Source: an uncultured virus (IMG/VR IMGVR_UViG_3300034815_000029)
Taxonomy: Duplodnaviria > Heunggongvirae > Uroviricota > Caudoviricetes
Direction: 5' to 3' (one strand)
Length of the DNA: 64,000 nt
Virus record (IMG/VR): IMGVR_UViG_3300034815_000029
Made by a program: the position numbers and the translations under genes. The notes under the pieces are model-generated. The model saw only the letters and a program-made list of their open reading frames with translations. It searched no databases and was not told the DNA's origin. Position 1 is the stretch's first letter. The number at the start of each line of letters is the position of its first letter. Positions 18,047 through 27,948 of the stretch are shown piece by piece.

Positions 18047-18427
18047 TTAGATGATTTTCTTGGCGCCGATGGCGGACACGCCGACGATGGCCGGGCCGGT
18101 GGTGATGGTGCCGACGTAGCGCAGGTACTTTTTCAGGTTCGGCGCGAACACGGTGAGGCTGGCGGTGGCGAGGTCGGTCGCGGTGCCTACGCTGGTGAAG
18201 GCGGCGTCGGTGATGTCGGCGGCGTCGGAGCCGTCGGCGGCATCGCCGTGCTGCAGCTTGCCGACTATGGTGCCGGCGGTGACCACGCCGGTCTGCTGGG
18301 TGACGACGATGTAGCCGTCGTAATCCGTGATGTCCACCGCCGTGCCGGTGGCGGCGGCGGTGTTGGCGTGATCGGCCGGTGACAGCAGGGTGAAGGCGGT
18401 GACGCCGGTGGCGGAGTTCTGGATCAT
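18047..18427 (-). CDS. Capsid decoration/cement protein
   Basis: GTAVDITDY...KLQHGD...KKYLR; downstream of the capsid gene. Confidence 0.65.
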   Translation of the reverse strand: MIQNSATGVTAFTLLSPADHANTAAATGTAVDITDYDGYIVVTQQTGVVTAGTIVGKLQHGDAADGSDAADITDAAFTSVGTATDLATASLTVFAPNLKKYLRYVGTITTGPAIVGVSAIGAKKII

Positions 18428-18690
18428 GATTCTTTCCCTTCATGGGGCGCTGCTGCGGGCGGTTTCGCAGCGGCTGGTTTATTTGTTCCGGCTTTGGGCG
18501 CCTTGCCAGAAACCGCGCCGGCGGCGGTTTCTGTGGTCATCGGGCCGCGTTGTTCCACCGCTCCCACGTATGCGGCCTTCTGCTCGTGAACCAGGGCAGA
18601 GGCGAACACGCGGTCGTCGGTGGAGAACTCGGTGCCGACTTCCTGGCGCTGGCCCTTCACGAGGAAGGGCCGGAGCACGCGCAGCTTCAT
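18424..18690 (-). CDS. Small head-associated hypothetical protein
   Basis: MKLRVLRPF... directly after the capsid gene. Confidence 0.65.
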   Translation of the reverse strand: MKLRVLRPFLVKGQRQEVGTEFSTDDRVFASALVHEQKAAYVGAVEQRGPMTTETAAGAVSGKAPKAGTNKPAAAKPPAAAPHEGKES

Positions 18691-18692
18691 GA

Positions 18693-20558
18693 TCAGGTGA
18701 TCGAGGTGGCGACGCTGAAGGCGCCGGGAACCCGCACGCCCACGTCCATGGCGTAGAGGGCGCGGACGCCGATCAGGCCGGCCTGGAAGTTGGCGAACGG
18801 GTTGACCTCGATCGCCAGGCTGCCCCATTCGGCCATCACCAGCTGCGACCAGTCGCCGAACACCATGGCGGCGGCGGTCATCTGCGCCGAGGACATGCCG
18901 CGGAAGCCGCAGGCGTTGGCGTCCAGGATCGAACCGTCCCACAGCGGGCTGTAGGTGCTGGCGACCTTGACCCGCGCCATCAGCAGCGCGGCGACGGCGG
19001 CGGTAGTGACATAGCCGCAGGTCGGCGACAGGGCGTTGCCGATGTCGGTCTGGAATTCCAGCATGTCCGCATATTCCAGCGAGGTGCCGGTCACGCTGCC
19101 GACGCCGGAGGTGCCGATGATGCCGGTGGGCTGGCCGGAAGAACCGGAACCGGCGAGGCCGGCCAGGTCGGCGGCCAGCGCGACGGCCTTGGCGAGGTCG
19201 TTCATCACCAGGGATTCGGCGTCCGGCGAGGACTGCAGCGCCAGCAGGCGGCTGATCTCGGTATAGGCGCCGATGTGCTTGGGCGTCAGCGACAACTGGC
19301 CGATGGTGGGCTGGCTCTCGGTGATCGAGGTGCCTTCGTTGGTCAGCCAGTAGGTGGTGGCGGCGGCGGTTTCGCGCGGGATGGTGACGTTGCCCATCAG
19401 GCCGCCCATCTTGGTGGCGCCCATCTGCATGCACACCGAGCGGTTGCGCAGCAGGTCGATGAAGGACATGTTCTCCGTGCCGACCAGGTAGTTGGAACCG
19501 GACGCGCCGGCGACGGTCATGTCGCGGACTTCCTGGTGGCGCTTGATGGTCTGCGCCTCCACCGGGACGAAGAAGGTCTGCTCGTTGAGCGGGTTGCCGC
19601 CCAGGCGGCGCTGGATCTCCTGGTGGGCTTCCAGCTCCAGCCCGGCTTTCTGCCAGTTCTTGTCGAGGATGGCGCGCACCGCCTTGAACATCGAATATTC
19701 CTTGGCCTCGCGCTTGCTCAGGCCGAGTTCGCTCGGGTTGACGGCAGTCGGTCCGGAACCGGCGCGGGCGACCAGGATGTCCAGCACCGAGCGGGCGCCG
19801 TCGTCCGGCGTGAAGCGCTCGTTGTCGATCCAGCTGCGCACGGTCTGCTCGTCCACCTTGTGCTGGCGGCCGAGGTCGGTCAGGGTCTTGATGCGCAGGC
19901 GCTCCATCGAAGCGGAATCCGGCGCGCGGGGGTCGGCGGTAGCGCCCGCCTGGACGTTGGTATCTTGAGTCATGGTGATGCTCCTTGTGATAATGGCGGG
20001 TGCCGCCGGGGTGGGGTTTTCTTCGCTTGCCTGTTCTCCGCTGCGCGTCACGCGCACCGGCTTGATGCTGTCTTCATCGCTGCGGCCCAGCCCGACGGAC
20101 GGGTCGGCCGGCACGGTGACAATGCTGGTTTCCAGCAGCTGCCAGTCGGTGGCGGTGAAGGTGTTGGTCTTGGTGTTTTCCTCCACGGTGCGGATGTCGT
20201 AGCCGATGGACACGTTGCGCAGCCCGCCCTCGATCATGGCGCGCACTTCCTGCGCGCGCGGCGTGTCGAACAGGTGCGCGTCGACGATCAGGCGCCCGCC
20301 TTCCAGCCGGCCGCCGTCGAGCATGCCGATGGGGTCGCCCCAGTCGTGGTTGAACAGCAGCGGCGCGGCGCCGCTGTTCAGGCGCCCCATGTCCAGCGCG
20401 CCGGGCGCGTGGCTCAGGATCTCGGTGCCGAACCAGCGGTCCACCGGCAGCTCGGAGCTGGCGGCGAAGCTCAGGGTGTAGACCCCGGCGGCATCGCGCT
20501 TGGTGATCTCCGTGGCGCAGAAATCCCGCGCCAGGCGGGGCAGTTTGAGTTCGCTCAT
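18693..20558 (-). CDS. Prohead protease-major capsid fusion (HK97 fold)
   Basis: LLFNHD, NVSIGY and SIVTVPAD protease motifs followed by the capsid domain. Confidence 0.9.
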   Translation of the reverse strand: MSELKLPRLARDFCATEITKRDAAGVYTLSFAASSELPVDRWFGTEILSHAPGALDMGRLNSGAAPLLFNHDWGDPIGMLDGGRLEGGRLIVDAHLFDTPRAQEVRAMIEGGLRNVSIGYDIRTVEENTKTNTFTATDWQLLETSIVTVPADPSVGLGRSDEDSIKPVRVTRSGEQASEENPTPAAPAIITRSITMTQDTNVQAGATADPRAPDSASMERLRIKTLTDLGRQHKVDEQTVRSWIDNERFTPDDGARSVLDILVARAGSGPTAVNPSELGLSKREAKEYSMFKAVRAILDKNWQKAGLELEAHQEIQRRLGGNPLNEQTFFVPVEAQTIKRHQEVRDMTVAGASGSNYLVGTENMSFIDLLRNRSVCMQMGATKMGGLMGNVTIPRETAAATTYWLTNEGTSITESQPTIGQLSLTPKHIGAYTEISRLLALQSSPDAESLVMNDLAKAVALAADLAGLAGSGSSGQPTGIIGTSGVGSVTGTSLEYADMLEFQTDIGNALSPTCGYVTTAAVAALLMARVKVASTYSPLWDGSILDANACGFRGMSSAQMTAAAMVFGDWSQLVMAEWGSLAIEVNPFANFQAGLIGVRALYAMDVGVRVPGAFSVATSIT

Positions 20559-22126
20559 TCGTAGTCCCTCTTGAAATTGACCAGCCGTCCGCGCGCTTCC
20601 TCTTCGGCGGGGACGGCGGGCGGGTTGGACGGGTCAGCCTCGACTTGCTCCGCCAGCGGGTCGGTGTCGGTCTGGATGTCGGCGGCCCCCATCAGGTCCA
20701 GCTCGCGGCGGCGTTCCTTGATCACGTCTTCCAGGTCCTGGCCGCTGCCGGTCTGCGCGATCACCGCCGACACGGTGGTGAAGCCGCAGCGCACCGCTTC
20801 CTTGTAGGCGTTGACCTCCTTGGTGGGATCGACCCAGGACCAGCCGCGCGGCTTCCAGGTGACGGCGCGGAAATACTCGGGGTTGGCGACGTAGGCCGGC
20901 ACGCTGACGCGCGGCACGGCGCGGGACAGCACGGCGGCTTCGAGCCAGATTTTGTGCAGGCGGGCGCGGAACACGCGTATCCACCACTGCTGCAGCACGC
21001 GCCAGCCTTCGCGGTCGTCCACCAGCGCCATGCGGCTGCTGCTGTAGTTGCTCTGGCTGTAGTCGCGGCTGAGGGATTCGTAGCTGATGCCGAAGGCGGC
21101 GGCGATGTCGCGCAGCGCGGCGCGCACGAAGGGGTCGAAGTTCTCGTTCGGGTAGGTCGGGTTCCAGTCGGCCAGCTTGGTGCCTGACGGCAGGATGTCC
21201 ACCTGTCCCTTGGCGCTGTTCCAGGTCAGGGTGCCATCATTCTCGGAATCGTCGCCCAGGCTTTCGGCGAGCCCGCCGCCCTCGGTTTCTTCCAGCACCA
21301 TGACTTTTTCCGCGCCGATACGCGCCGCGACCACGGCGGCGTCCTGGAATTCTCCCAGCTGGTTGAGGCGCAGCATCGCCGCGTGCATCCACGGCACCCC
21401 GCGCACCTGCGGCCAGCGGTCGATCTGGCGCAGGTGGATGATGTCCTCCGCCGGGACGCGCACCAGCCGGTCGGACACGCGGTCGCGGCGCGGGTCGCCG
21501 GGGTGGTATTCGTGCAGCCAGTAGGCCACCGGGCGGTTGTAGCTGTCGCACTCGACGCCCTGGCGCACCAGGTTGCCGTTGACGCTGGGCGCTTCCCATT
21601 CGTCGGCCAGCCGTTCCGCCTCGATCACTTCCAGCGACAGCGGCACCTTGCCGCGCCCGCTGCGGTGGACGCGGATCAGTACGTCGCCGGCCTCGAACAC
21701 CTCCGCCATGCACAGCCGCTCCAGGTCGGAAAAGTGCAGGCTGCCGCCGATATGGCAGTGTTCCGCCTGCATCCAGTCTTCCCAGGCGGCCTCGATGTCG
21801 GTGTTGAATTCTTCCATCAGGCGCGCGCGGTTGTTGACGATGGCAGCCTGCATGCCGATGCCCTGGCCGATCACGTTGTTCACCACCACGGTGCGGGCGC
21901 GCTTGGCGTGGGCGTTGTCGCGCACCAGGGCGCGGGAGCGGTTGCGCAGCGCGGCCAGGCTGCTGACGGATTCCATGTCGGCGCTGCTGGTGCCGGAACT
22001 CCAGCCGCTGGTCAGGTTGGACTGGCGGGCGGCGGCAAACATGCGCTTGGAATGGCCGGCCACGGTAGAGCGCGGCTGGGCCTTGCCACGGAAATCGAAC
22101 AGGCGGCTGATCCAGTTTTTTGCCAT
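20555..22126 (-). CDS. Lambda-family portal protein
   Basis: LRNRSRALVRDN, QVRGVPW, NYSSSR, WVDPTKE. Confidence 0.92.
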   Translation of the reverse strand: MAKNWISRLFDFRGKAQPRSTVAGHSKRMFAAARQSNLTSGWSSGTSSADMESVSSLAALRNRSRALVRDNAHAKRARTVVVNNVIGQGIGMQAAIVNNRARLMEEFNTDIEAAWEDWMQAEHCHIGGSLHFSDLERLCMAEVFEAGDVLIRVHRSGRGKVPLSLEVIEAERLADEWEAPSVNGNLVRQGVECDSYNRPVAYWLHEYHPGDPRRDRVSDRLVRVPAEDIIHLRQIDRWPQVRGVPWMHAAMLRLNQLGEFQDAAVVAARIGAEKVMVLEETEGGGLAESLGDDSENDGTLTWNSAKGQVDILPSGTKLADWNPTYPNENFDPFVRAALRDIAAAFGISYESLSRDYSQSNYSSSRMALVDDREGWRVLQQWWIRVFRARLHKIWLEAAVLSRAVPRVSVPAYVANPEYFRAVTWKPRGWSWVDPTKEVNAYKEAVRCGFTTVSAVIAQTGSGQDLEDVIKERRRELDLMGAADIQTDTDPLAEQVEADPSNPPAVPAEEEARGRLVNFKRDYE

Positions 22127-22677
22127 CAGCCGAACCTCACCAGCACGCGACGCACGTCGGTGCCTTTTTGCGCCGCCGCCTCGCGCCGGACTTCAGTCAG
22201 CAGCCGGGAGCGCAGCGCCATCAGCGTGGCGGGGTTGTATTCCATGCTGCGATCGGCCAGCGCGGCCTTGACGATGTCGAGCTGCGAGGCCGTGGCCTTG
22301 GAGGTCAGCGCGGCCTCCACCGCATCCAGCATGGTGCGGGCGAAGCTGCGCGCGTCATAGACGGCGTCGGTCTCGAAGTTGTGCAGCACCCTGAGCCGGC
22401 CGGCATCCACCTGGACCCGCTCGCTCGCCGATTCCGCCAGCGCCACCCAGTCGTAGTCGCCGACCGTGTAGGCGGACGTGGTCGCCATGGCCACGGAAAC
22501 GGCATGGTTCACGCCGTCGGCGGCGGCGGCAATGGCAAATTTGGCGGTGGCGTTGCGGAAGTAATACGTCAGCACCCAGGTCGGGGCCGGGTAGTCAGCC
22601 AGATCCTCGCGGCGCCATTTCCAGGTGTCGCCAGCGCGCGCGGAGGTCGGTTCGGTAGTCGGGACGGTTGCGGTCAT
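22126..22677 (-). CDS. Head completion/joining protein
   Basis: AGDTWKW...; between terminase and portal. Confidence 0.65.
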   Translation of the reverse strand: MTATVPTTEPTSARAGDTWKWRREDLADYPAPTWVLTYYFRNATAKFAIAAAADGVNHAVSVAMATTSAYTVGDYDWVALAESASERVQVDAGRLRVLHNFETDAVYDARSFARTMLDAVEAALTSKATASQLDIVKAALADRSMEYNPATLMALRSRLLTEVRREAAAQKGTDVRRVLVRFG

Positions 22678-22684
22678 GTCGAAA

Positions 22685-22732
22685 GCATGGCCTCACCGCG
22701 TCAACTACTTGGGCCGGATGGGTTGCGTTTTT
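22685..22732 (-). promoter_or_regulatory. Putative activator-dependent late promoter, copy 2
   Basis: Same 36-bp element plus CATGCT-N6-ATG. Confidence 0.65.
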
Positions 22733-22761
22733 AGCAACTCCGGAATAGGGGCTATTTTAAG

Positions 22762-23517
22762 TTAGCCGTCAAAGCATCCGCACGGTATTTCGACCGCGCC
22801 CCTAAACATATCCATCTGTGCATCGTCGTACCTCACTAGGTCGGCCCACGCATACGAGCGGCCAAGACCTTTCACGCTGGTTAGTTTCGCGCCTGCTTCC
22901 ATCGCCAGCGCCCGCTGAATCAAATCCGGGTGCTGGCGCTTCAGTTCCAAAATCTCATGCGGCTTGCTGCTCGGGCAAAAGAAGCAGGCGCTTTTCCCCG
23001 GTTGCGGCAGTCCTGCGCGCCGGATCGCTTCCACACATTCATCGCGTCCCCAATCCCACTCAATCAACGGGTAGCGCGTTTCCTCGTACTTCGCTCGGTG
23101 CGCCTCGCCTGCATCAATGCCGACCCAAAACCACGGCGCGGCTATTCCCTGCGCTTTGAGCCACCGCTTCTGCGGCCTGATCTTGTAGTGGTCGCTGCAA
23201 CTCTTAAAGCCATACGCAATTCCAGGCAGTGCGCCGCGTGTAAGGCAGTCGGCTTCAAGGCTTACCGCTTCCGCTACAGTTACGATCCGAGGAAAACCAA
23301 CCCCTTCGCACCAATCGCTTACCGCGTCCTTGTGGCGGTAGGTTTCCGGCCTCTCGCCTCCGGTATCAGCGAACAAAATCAAGTCAGGTCGCTCGCCGCG
23401 TTCGTGCATGCCTATCAGCATGGCCGTGCTGTTCGTACCAGCTCCGTAGCTCACCACAATAGTCGGCGCTGGCAGTACGGCGGCGTTACTCTCAGTTTCT
23501 TGCAAGTTGTTCTCCAA
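22762..23517 (-). CDS. PAPS-reductase-like (PP-loop, Cys-rich) protein, solitary cassette K (22762-23575)
   Basis: SYGAGTNS, FADTGGE, KSACFFCP, CGCFDG; stop codon inside the GTTAGCC core; start codon uncertain. Confidence 0.8.
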   Translation of the reverse strand: MENNLQETESNAAVLPAPTIVVSYGAGTNSTAMLIGMHERGERPDLILFADTGGERPETYRHKDAVSDWCEGVGFPRIVTVAEAVSLEADCLTRGALPGIAYGFKSCSDHYKIRPQKRWLKAQGIAAPWFWVGIDAGEAHRAKYEETRYPLIEWDWGRDECVEAIRRAGLPQPGKSACFFCPSSKPHEILELKRQHPDLIQRALAMEAGAKLTSVKGLGRSYAWADLVRYDDAQMDMFRGAVEIPCGCFDG

Positions 23518-23521
23518 TGCC

Positions 23522-23581
23522 GGCTAACAAGTCATTCCACCGGACGGCCTTCGGCCGCGCGGTGAATTCCGAGCGTTATCG
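23522..23581 (+). repeat. attC site K (60 bp)
   Basis: GGCTAAC AAGTC ATT[C]CACCG...CGGTGAAT TCCGAGC GTTATCG; R'' complements GTTAGCCG at 22761. Confidence 0.88.
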
Positions 23582-23842
23582 GCGCCGGGTGATCTTGTGC
23601 ACGTACTGCCGGCTGACCCCGAAGCGTTCCACCACCACGGCGGTCGGCAACTTCTTGGCCGCCTCGACGATTTCGCGCTTCTTGCCGGTGTCCGGCGCCG
23701 GGATGTAGACCCGCTCGCCCGGCAGGCTGCGCCGGATGGTCTGCTCCAGCTCGCGCGCGCACTGCTCGCCGAAACTCACCGCCGGATGCCGGGCGCGCAG
23801 GAAATTGAGGATCAGGTCGATCTGTTCGTTCAGCGTCGCCAT
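23576..23842 (-). CDS. Mor/C-like transcription activator
   Basis: GERVYIP then C-terminal HTH (RFGVSRQYVHKI). Confidence 0.75.
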   Translation of the reverse strand: MATLNEQIDLILNFLRARHPAVSFGEQCARELEQTIRRSLPGERVYIPAPDTGKKREIVEAAKKLPTAVVVERFGVSRQYVHKITRRR

Positions 23843-23843
23843 C

Positions 23844-25829
23844 CTACCTCCTCCTCACGATGCCGCGCGGGCCGGGTTTTTGTTTTACTGCTGGCGGTGG
23901 TGGAGGGATATTTGTTACATCGAACAGGTCGCCGACCACAGGCTGGAAACGGGTCTCCAGATCGCTCCAGTATTTCGCGCTTTTTTTCGATAATTCAAAA
24001 TAGGTCTCCAGCCACACGGCGTAAACGGTGCAGTCCCAGGCTTCGACACGCTTCCTGATCGCCGTCCAGGTGGACTCCTCACCGCGCACGGTGCGGCGGG
24101 TGGTGCGGGCTTCGCCGGTGAATTGCCTGAAGAATTCGTCGCTGAGTTCGTTGCTGAAATGCATGTACCCGGGACCGGGACGGGTGATTTGCAGGCGCCC
24201 GTAGATCAGGTCTTTGGCGTGGTTGGTGCCGACCCACCACAGCACCAGTCCGTTTTTGCGCAGCCTGCCCTTCCAGTCGATGTCCACTTTGCTGGCGCCG
24301 TCGCGGATGTGTTTTTCACGCCCGGACCGTCCGCCAATGGCGAACACTTTGCGGCGGCTGTGCTTGGCGCAGAAATTGTAAACGGCGTGGGTGTTGTGGC
24401 CGCGAGTATCGATGGCCGTGCCGGATATGCGCAGGCGCTGTCCGCTGGCATGGTTGAATTCTGTCTCGAAGATGAATTCTTCCAGGTCTTGCCAGACTTC
24501 GTCCTCGTCCGGGTTGCCGAAGAAGATGCGGTGGGCGATGGCCCATTTCTCGCAGCCGCGCCCGTATCCCCATACGACGCACTCCAGACGGTTGGGCTGG
24601 GTGTCTACCCCGGCCAGCAACAGCACGGCTCCCATCGGGACGCGCTCCAGCGGGTAGGGTTCGGCGCGGGCGCGGAGTTCGTTTTCGTCCGACTTCTCGA
24701 AGGCTTCTGCCCAGTATTCGCCGAGGGTGGTGTTCCAGAATGCCTGGAGTTTTTCTTTCTTGCCCTCTCCGCCTTCGCGGTAGGCGGCGATAAAGTCGCG
24801 GGCAATGCTCACCCAGGAGACGTTCGGGCTGTAGGCGCTCCAGGTGTGGAAGGCGATGCGCGCCGGAGGGCGGACAAATTGTCCGGTGGCGTCCCTGAAT
24901 ATCCCGGAAGTGTCGCAGGTGGTGCCATCTTCGGACTGGTAGTGGCCCTGGTCGCAAATGGCCAGGTATTGTGCCTGCTCGATCAGCGCACCGCAGTGCG
25001 GGCACAGATGGCGGACCGTCTCCGGGTTGTCGTCTGTCCACTTGAATCCATGGGGCTCGTCCTTGCCGCCCCAGGTTAGCGGATGAAACTCGCCGCATTC
25101 CGGGCAGGGGATGTGCGGCTGCATGAACAGGTCCGCATCGCGCTCGCGCTTTTCGATGTTGGAGAAGCCCTTGAGCTTCGGTGTGCTGCCGATCACCAGC
25201 TTGGGGAAGGTGGCGCCCTCGATGCGCTTTGCCGCGAGCGTTCCGGGGTCTCCCTCCTTTTCGATGTTGCTGTCGAAGGCGTCGTATTCGTCCAGGTAGC
25301 CCGTATCGGCGCTGATGCGGCGGTAATTCTTGGCCGCCTTGCCGCCCTTCAGGTGGGCCATCGATCCGAGGAACTTCTTGGCCTGGAGCGTGTTGTCCTT
25401 GTCGCGCTTGAGGTAGGCAGGGAAAACGCCCTCCATCACCGCTACGTCGCGCAGCATAGGGTCGAGTTCGGTCTTGACAAACTCGTCGCGGTCGTCGTCG
25501 GTAGGCTGCCAAAGGACCTGATTCCGGCGCTTATGCTGGGCAAAGTAACCCATTGCCGCCAGAATGATCTTGGTATATCCGACCCGCGCTGATTTTCTCC
25601 AGATCACCTCGCGGATGTCGTCGTTGCTGATGCAGGCCATGATGGCGCGCTGGAACCACCAGGGCGTCCAGGACTGCTCGACGTAGGATGACTCAGCCGA
25701 TAGATAAAAATGCTTGCACGCCCACTCGTCCAGGCTCATCGGTTCAGGCACACCGAAAGCGGATAGCCCTTTCGCCAGGTGCAGCTGCATGGCAGGCAGA
25801 ATGAATCGGCTGTGCTCGCTCAGGTCCAT
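23844..25829 (-). CDS. Terminase large subunit, lambda gpA family
   Basis: KSARVGYTK Walker A, LDEYD, CPECGE, AGVDTQ. Confidence 0.95.
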   Translation of the reverse strand: MDLSEHSRFILPAMQLHLAKGLSAFGVPEPMSLDEWACKHFYLSAESSYVEQSWTPWWFQRAIMACISNDDIREVIWRKSARVGYTKIILAAMGYFAQHKRRNQVLWQPTDDDRDEFVKTELDPMLRDVAVMEGVFPAYLKRDKDNTLQAKKFLGSMAHLKGGKAAKNYRRISADTGYLDEYDAFDSNIEKEGDPGTLAAKRIEGATFPKLVIGSTPKLKGFSNIEKRERDADLFMQPHIPCPECGEFHPLTWGGKDEPHGFKWTDDNPETVRHLCPHCGALIEQAQYLAICDQGHYQSEDGTTCDTSGIFRDATGQFVRPPARIAFHTWSAYSPNVSWVSIARDFIAAYREGGEGKKEKLQAFWNTTLGEYWAEAFEKSDENELRARAEPYPLERVPMGAVLLLAGVDTQPNRLECVVWGYGRGCEKWAIAHRIFFGNPDEDEVWQDLEEFIFETEFNHASGQRLRISGTAIDTRGHNTHAVYNFCAKHSRRKVFAIGGRSGREKHIRDGASKVDIDWKGRLRKNGLVLWWVGTNHAKDLIYGRLQITRPGPGYMHFSNELSDEFFRQFTGEARTTRRTVRGEESTWTAIRKRVEAWDCTVYAVWLETYFELSKKSAKYWSDLETRFQPVVGDLFDVTNIPPPPPAVKQKPGPRGIVRRR

Positions 25830-26332
25830 CAGACTGGGGTTTCCTCGGTGAGTTCAGGCGCATCGGTATCCTCTGGCGCTTCGTCCAGATCAGCCAGCGA
25901 CATGGCGGCAACCGAGTTGCGCGCCTTGGCAATCTCTCCGGCGATAAGCTCGATGTCGCCAGCAGTCAGCAGCGGAACCCGGCGCCGGATCATGCCCGGT
26001 ATTGCATCCAGAACCCCCGCCACTTTCGACGCGGCCTTGGTCAACACCTCCTCGATCAAGATCACCGGCGCCAGCTCGCCGCGCGTCACGGCATTCTGCA
26101 TTTCGATCCGCACCCGCTGCTCCCGTGCCAACATCGCCCGCTCAGTCGCCAGGTCAAGATCGCCGGCAGCGGCACGGCCAGCCGCTTGCTCGCGGAGGCG
26201 GCGGATGTAAGCCACGCGGATCTGATCAAGTTCTGTCGTTTTCCAGTCAATGCCAAGCTCTGCCATCAGCGTGCTAACCGCCGCCTGGCTCATGTCAAGA
26301 TGCTCCGCAATGTCTAACTGAATCAACAACAT
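25829..26332 (-). CDS. Terminase small subunit (Nu1-like)
   Basis: N-terminal HTH; YIRRLREQAAGR...RGELAP. Confidence 0.85.
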   Translation of the reverse strand: MLLIQLDIAEHLDMSQAAVSTLMAELGIDWKTTELDQIRVAYIRRLREQAAGRAAAGDLDLATERAMLAREQRVRIEMQNAVTRGELAPVILIEEVLTKAASKVAGVLDAIPGMIRRRVPLLTAGDIELIAGEIAKARNSVAAMSLADLDEAPEDTDAPELTEETPV

Positions 26333-26414
26333 AACCCCCTTACAATAACCCCATATCTAGCGCCATGCCGCGCTGCTTCATACCCGTAAAACAAAGCATC
26401 AGGGAGTACCTTTT

Positions 26415-27038
26415 CTATCTGGCACGGTCCATCACCATCTTGATGGCGCGATCCACTTCGATTGGAAGATCACGGCTGATCTTATCCATCACACGCTTGC
26501 TGATGCGCTTCGAGTTGAACATCTGGGAGAATCCGATTACCTGCAGTGGCTTGATAGGCAAACGCCCATCACCTTCACGGGTGAATATGGTGCGGCCTTT
26601 ATTGCCAATGAACGCGCCGTTGATCTTCTTCATCCCTCCACCCTTTTTGATGAGGAATCCCAACTGCTTTTGCAGCGCGGCCAATTCAGACCTCCTACCC
26701 TTTGCCCCGCGCACCTTGATTGCCCTGCCTAATGCCTGAACTGAATTTAGGAAATGGATCATGTTCATTGATCTACCTCTGCGACTCTTCGACCCAAACA
26801 CGCTGATGACCGCCTCAAGCGTTCCACTCCTGGCCCTGCGCAGATCGATGGCGTTCCTCACCTCGCTGGCCTTGACGTTGAACTCTTGGGGAATCGCCCG
26901 GTTGATTTCTGCCCTGGCCTTATCCGCAACCTTGTTGATGGCCGGCTGTAAAACCTTTGGCCGAAGATCGCGCTGGATTGAGTTGAGCTTGCGTTTCACC
27001 TCATCGAATCCACGCACATCAATCTTCATGCCCATCAT
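26415..27038 (-). CDS. Phage minor tail Z-like basic protein
   Basis: AINKVADKAR..., GAFIGNKGRTIF.R. Confidence 0.6.
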   Translation of the reverse strand: MMGMKIDVRGFDEVKRKLNSIQRDLRPKVLQPAINKVADKARAEINRAIPQEFNVKASEVRNAIDLRRARSGTLEAVISVFGSKSRRGRSMNMIHFLNSVQALGRAIKVRGAKGRRSELAALQKQLGFLIKKGGGMKKINGAFIGNKGRTIFTREGDGRLPIKPLQVIGFSQMFNSKRISKRVMDKISRDLPIEVDRAIKMVMDRAR

Positions 27039-27694
27039 GCTTGCGGCCTCGCAACGAATTGGCCTTTACTCTGTGCCGCACGATCAGCGGCACGACTAAA
27101 CCAGTTCAACAGGAATCGGGAATAGTTTTTCTTGCGCTTCCTTGGATTAGCCTTCAGCCATGCCTCTGCTTTCTCAATTTCAGCCATCACATCGATTTTC
27201 TTGAACAAAGATTCCCACTCAATGAATTGGCTTTCAGAAATCTCTCTAAACTCGCCGGCAACAACATCGAAAACCATATTCCCATCGGGCGGTTTTTTAG
27301 TGGCCGAGCTTTTGCTCGGTGCACTATCTGATGATTCAACTGATGGTTCATCCTTATATGTAACCGGCACCGTGTTCCGGGGGGGGGTGGCACCTTGTGC
27401 CGGTAGGGGGGTGGCACCTTGTGCCGGTAGGGGGTGTTCTACCAATTTATACAGGTTGGTTTTTCTCTGACTGCCATCATATCTATGCTCTATGCAAAGC
27501 AGCCCCATTTCCTGAAGCTCTGACAGCGCCTTGCGCACTCCCCTATCACTCAAGCTGCACTTATCCGCCAAACTCTGTTGACCAGGCCAACATTCCCAGT
27601 CATCGTTGGCCCGATCTGCCAGAGCCACCATCACAATCTTTTGTGTGGCAGTCAGATTCAGCTTCCACGCCCAGTTCATCACCTCGATGCTCAT
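27035..27694 (-). CDS. Replication initiator (HTH, lambda O-like)
   Basis: K.VMVALADRAND..CWPGQ.SLA; internal 24-bp repeats. Confidence 0.8.
   Translation of the reverse strand: MSIEVMNWAWKLNLTATQKIVMVALADRANDDWECWPGQQSLADKCSLSDRGVRKALSELQEMGLLCIEHRYDGSQRKTNLYKLVEHPLPAQGATPLPAQGATPPRNTVPVTYKDEPSVESSDSAPSKSSATKKPPDGNMVFDVVAGEFREISESQFIEWESLFKKIDVMAEIEKAEAWLKANPRKRKKNYSRFLLNWFSRAADRAAQSKGQFVARPQA
27366..27434. repeat. Iteron-like 24-bp direct repeats inside the rep gene (putative ori)
   Basis: GGGGGGTGGCACCTTGTGCCGGTA twice plus a degenerate copy. Confidence 0.65.
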
Positions 27695-27948
27695 TTCTTT
27701 TCCTTCCCCTGCCTTCTGTTTTTCTGCTCGAACTCAATCAATTTGCTAATCCTTAACCACTGCTCAAACTTCATCGAAAACGTGCCAACCGGCCGGAAAT
27801 TTCCGATTTTTTTGCCGTTTTCTTCTGCATTAATCAGCTTCACATCACTGCCAAAAGCCGCACGAAACTCAGCCAATACCCCAGCCGCAAACGGAAAGTT
27901 GCGCCGGTTTTCGGCGGCCTGATCTTCCTTGTCACATGTCGACGCCAC
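27691..27948 (-). CDS. Hypothetical protein
   Basis: AGGAGG RBS with GTG start, between dnaB and rep. Confidence 0.6.
   Translation of the reverse strand: MASTCDKEDQAAENRRNFPFAAGVLAEFRAAFGSDVKLINAEENGKKIGNFRPVGTFSMKFEQWLRISKLIEFEQKNRRQGKEKK

Noticed and set aside
26333..26414. cos site upstream of the small terminase gene
   Set aside because: The position is plausible, but I cannot identify a cohesive-end sequence from the sequence alone.
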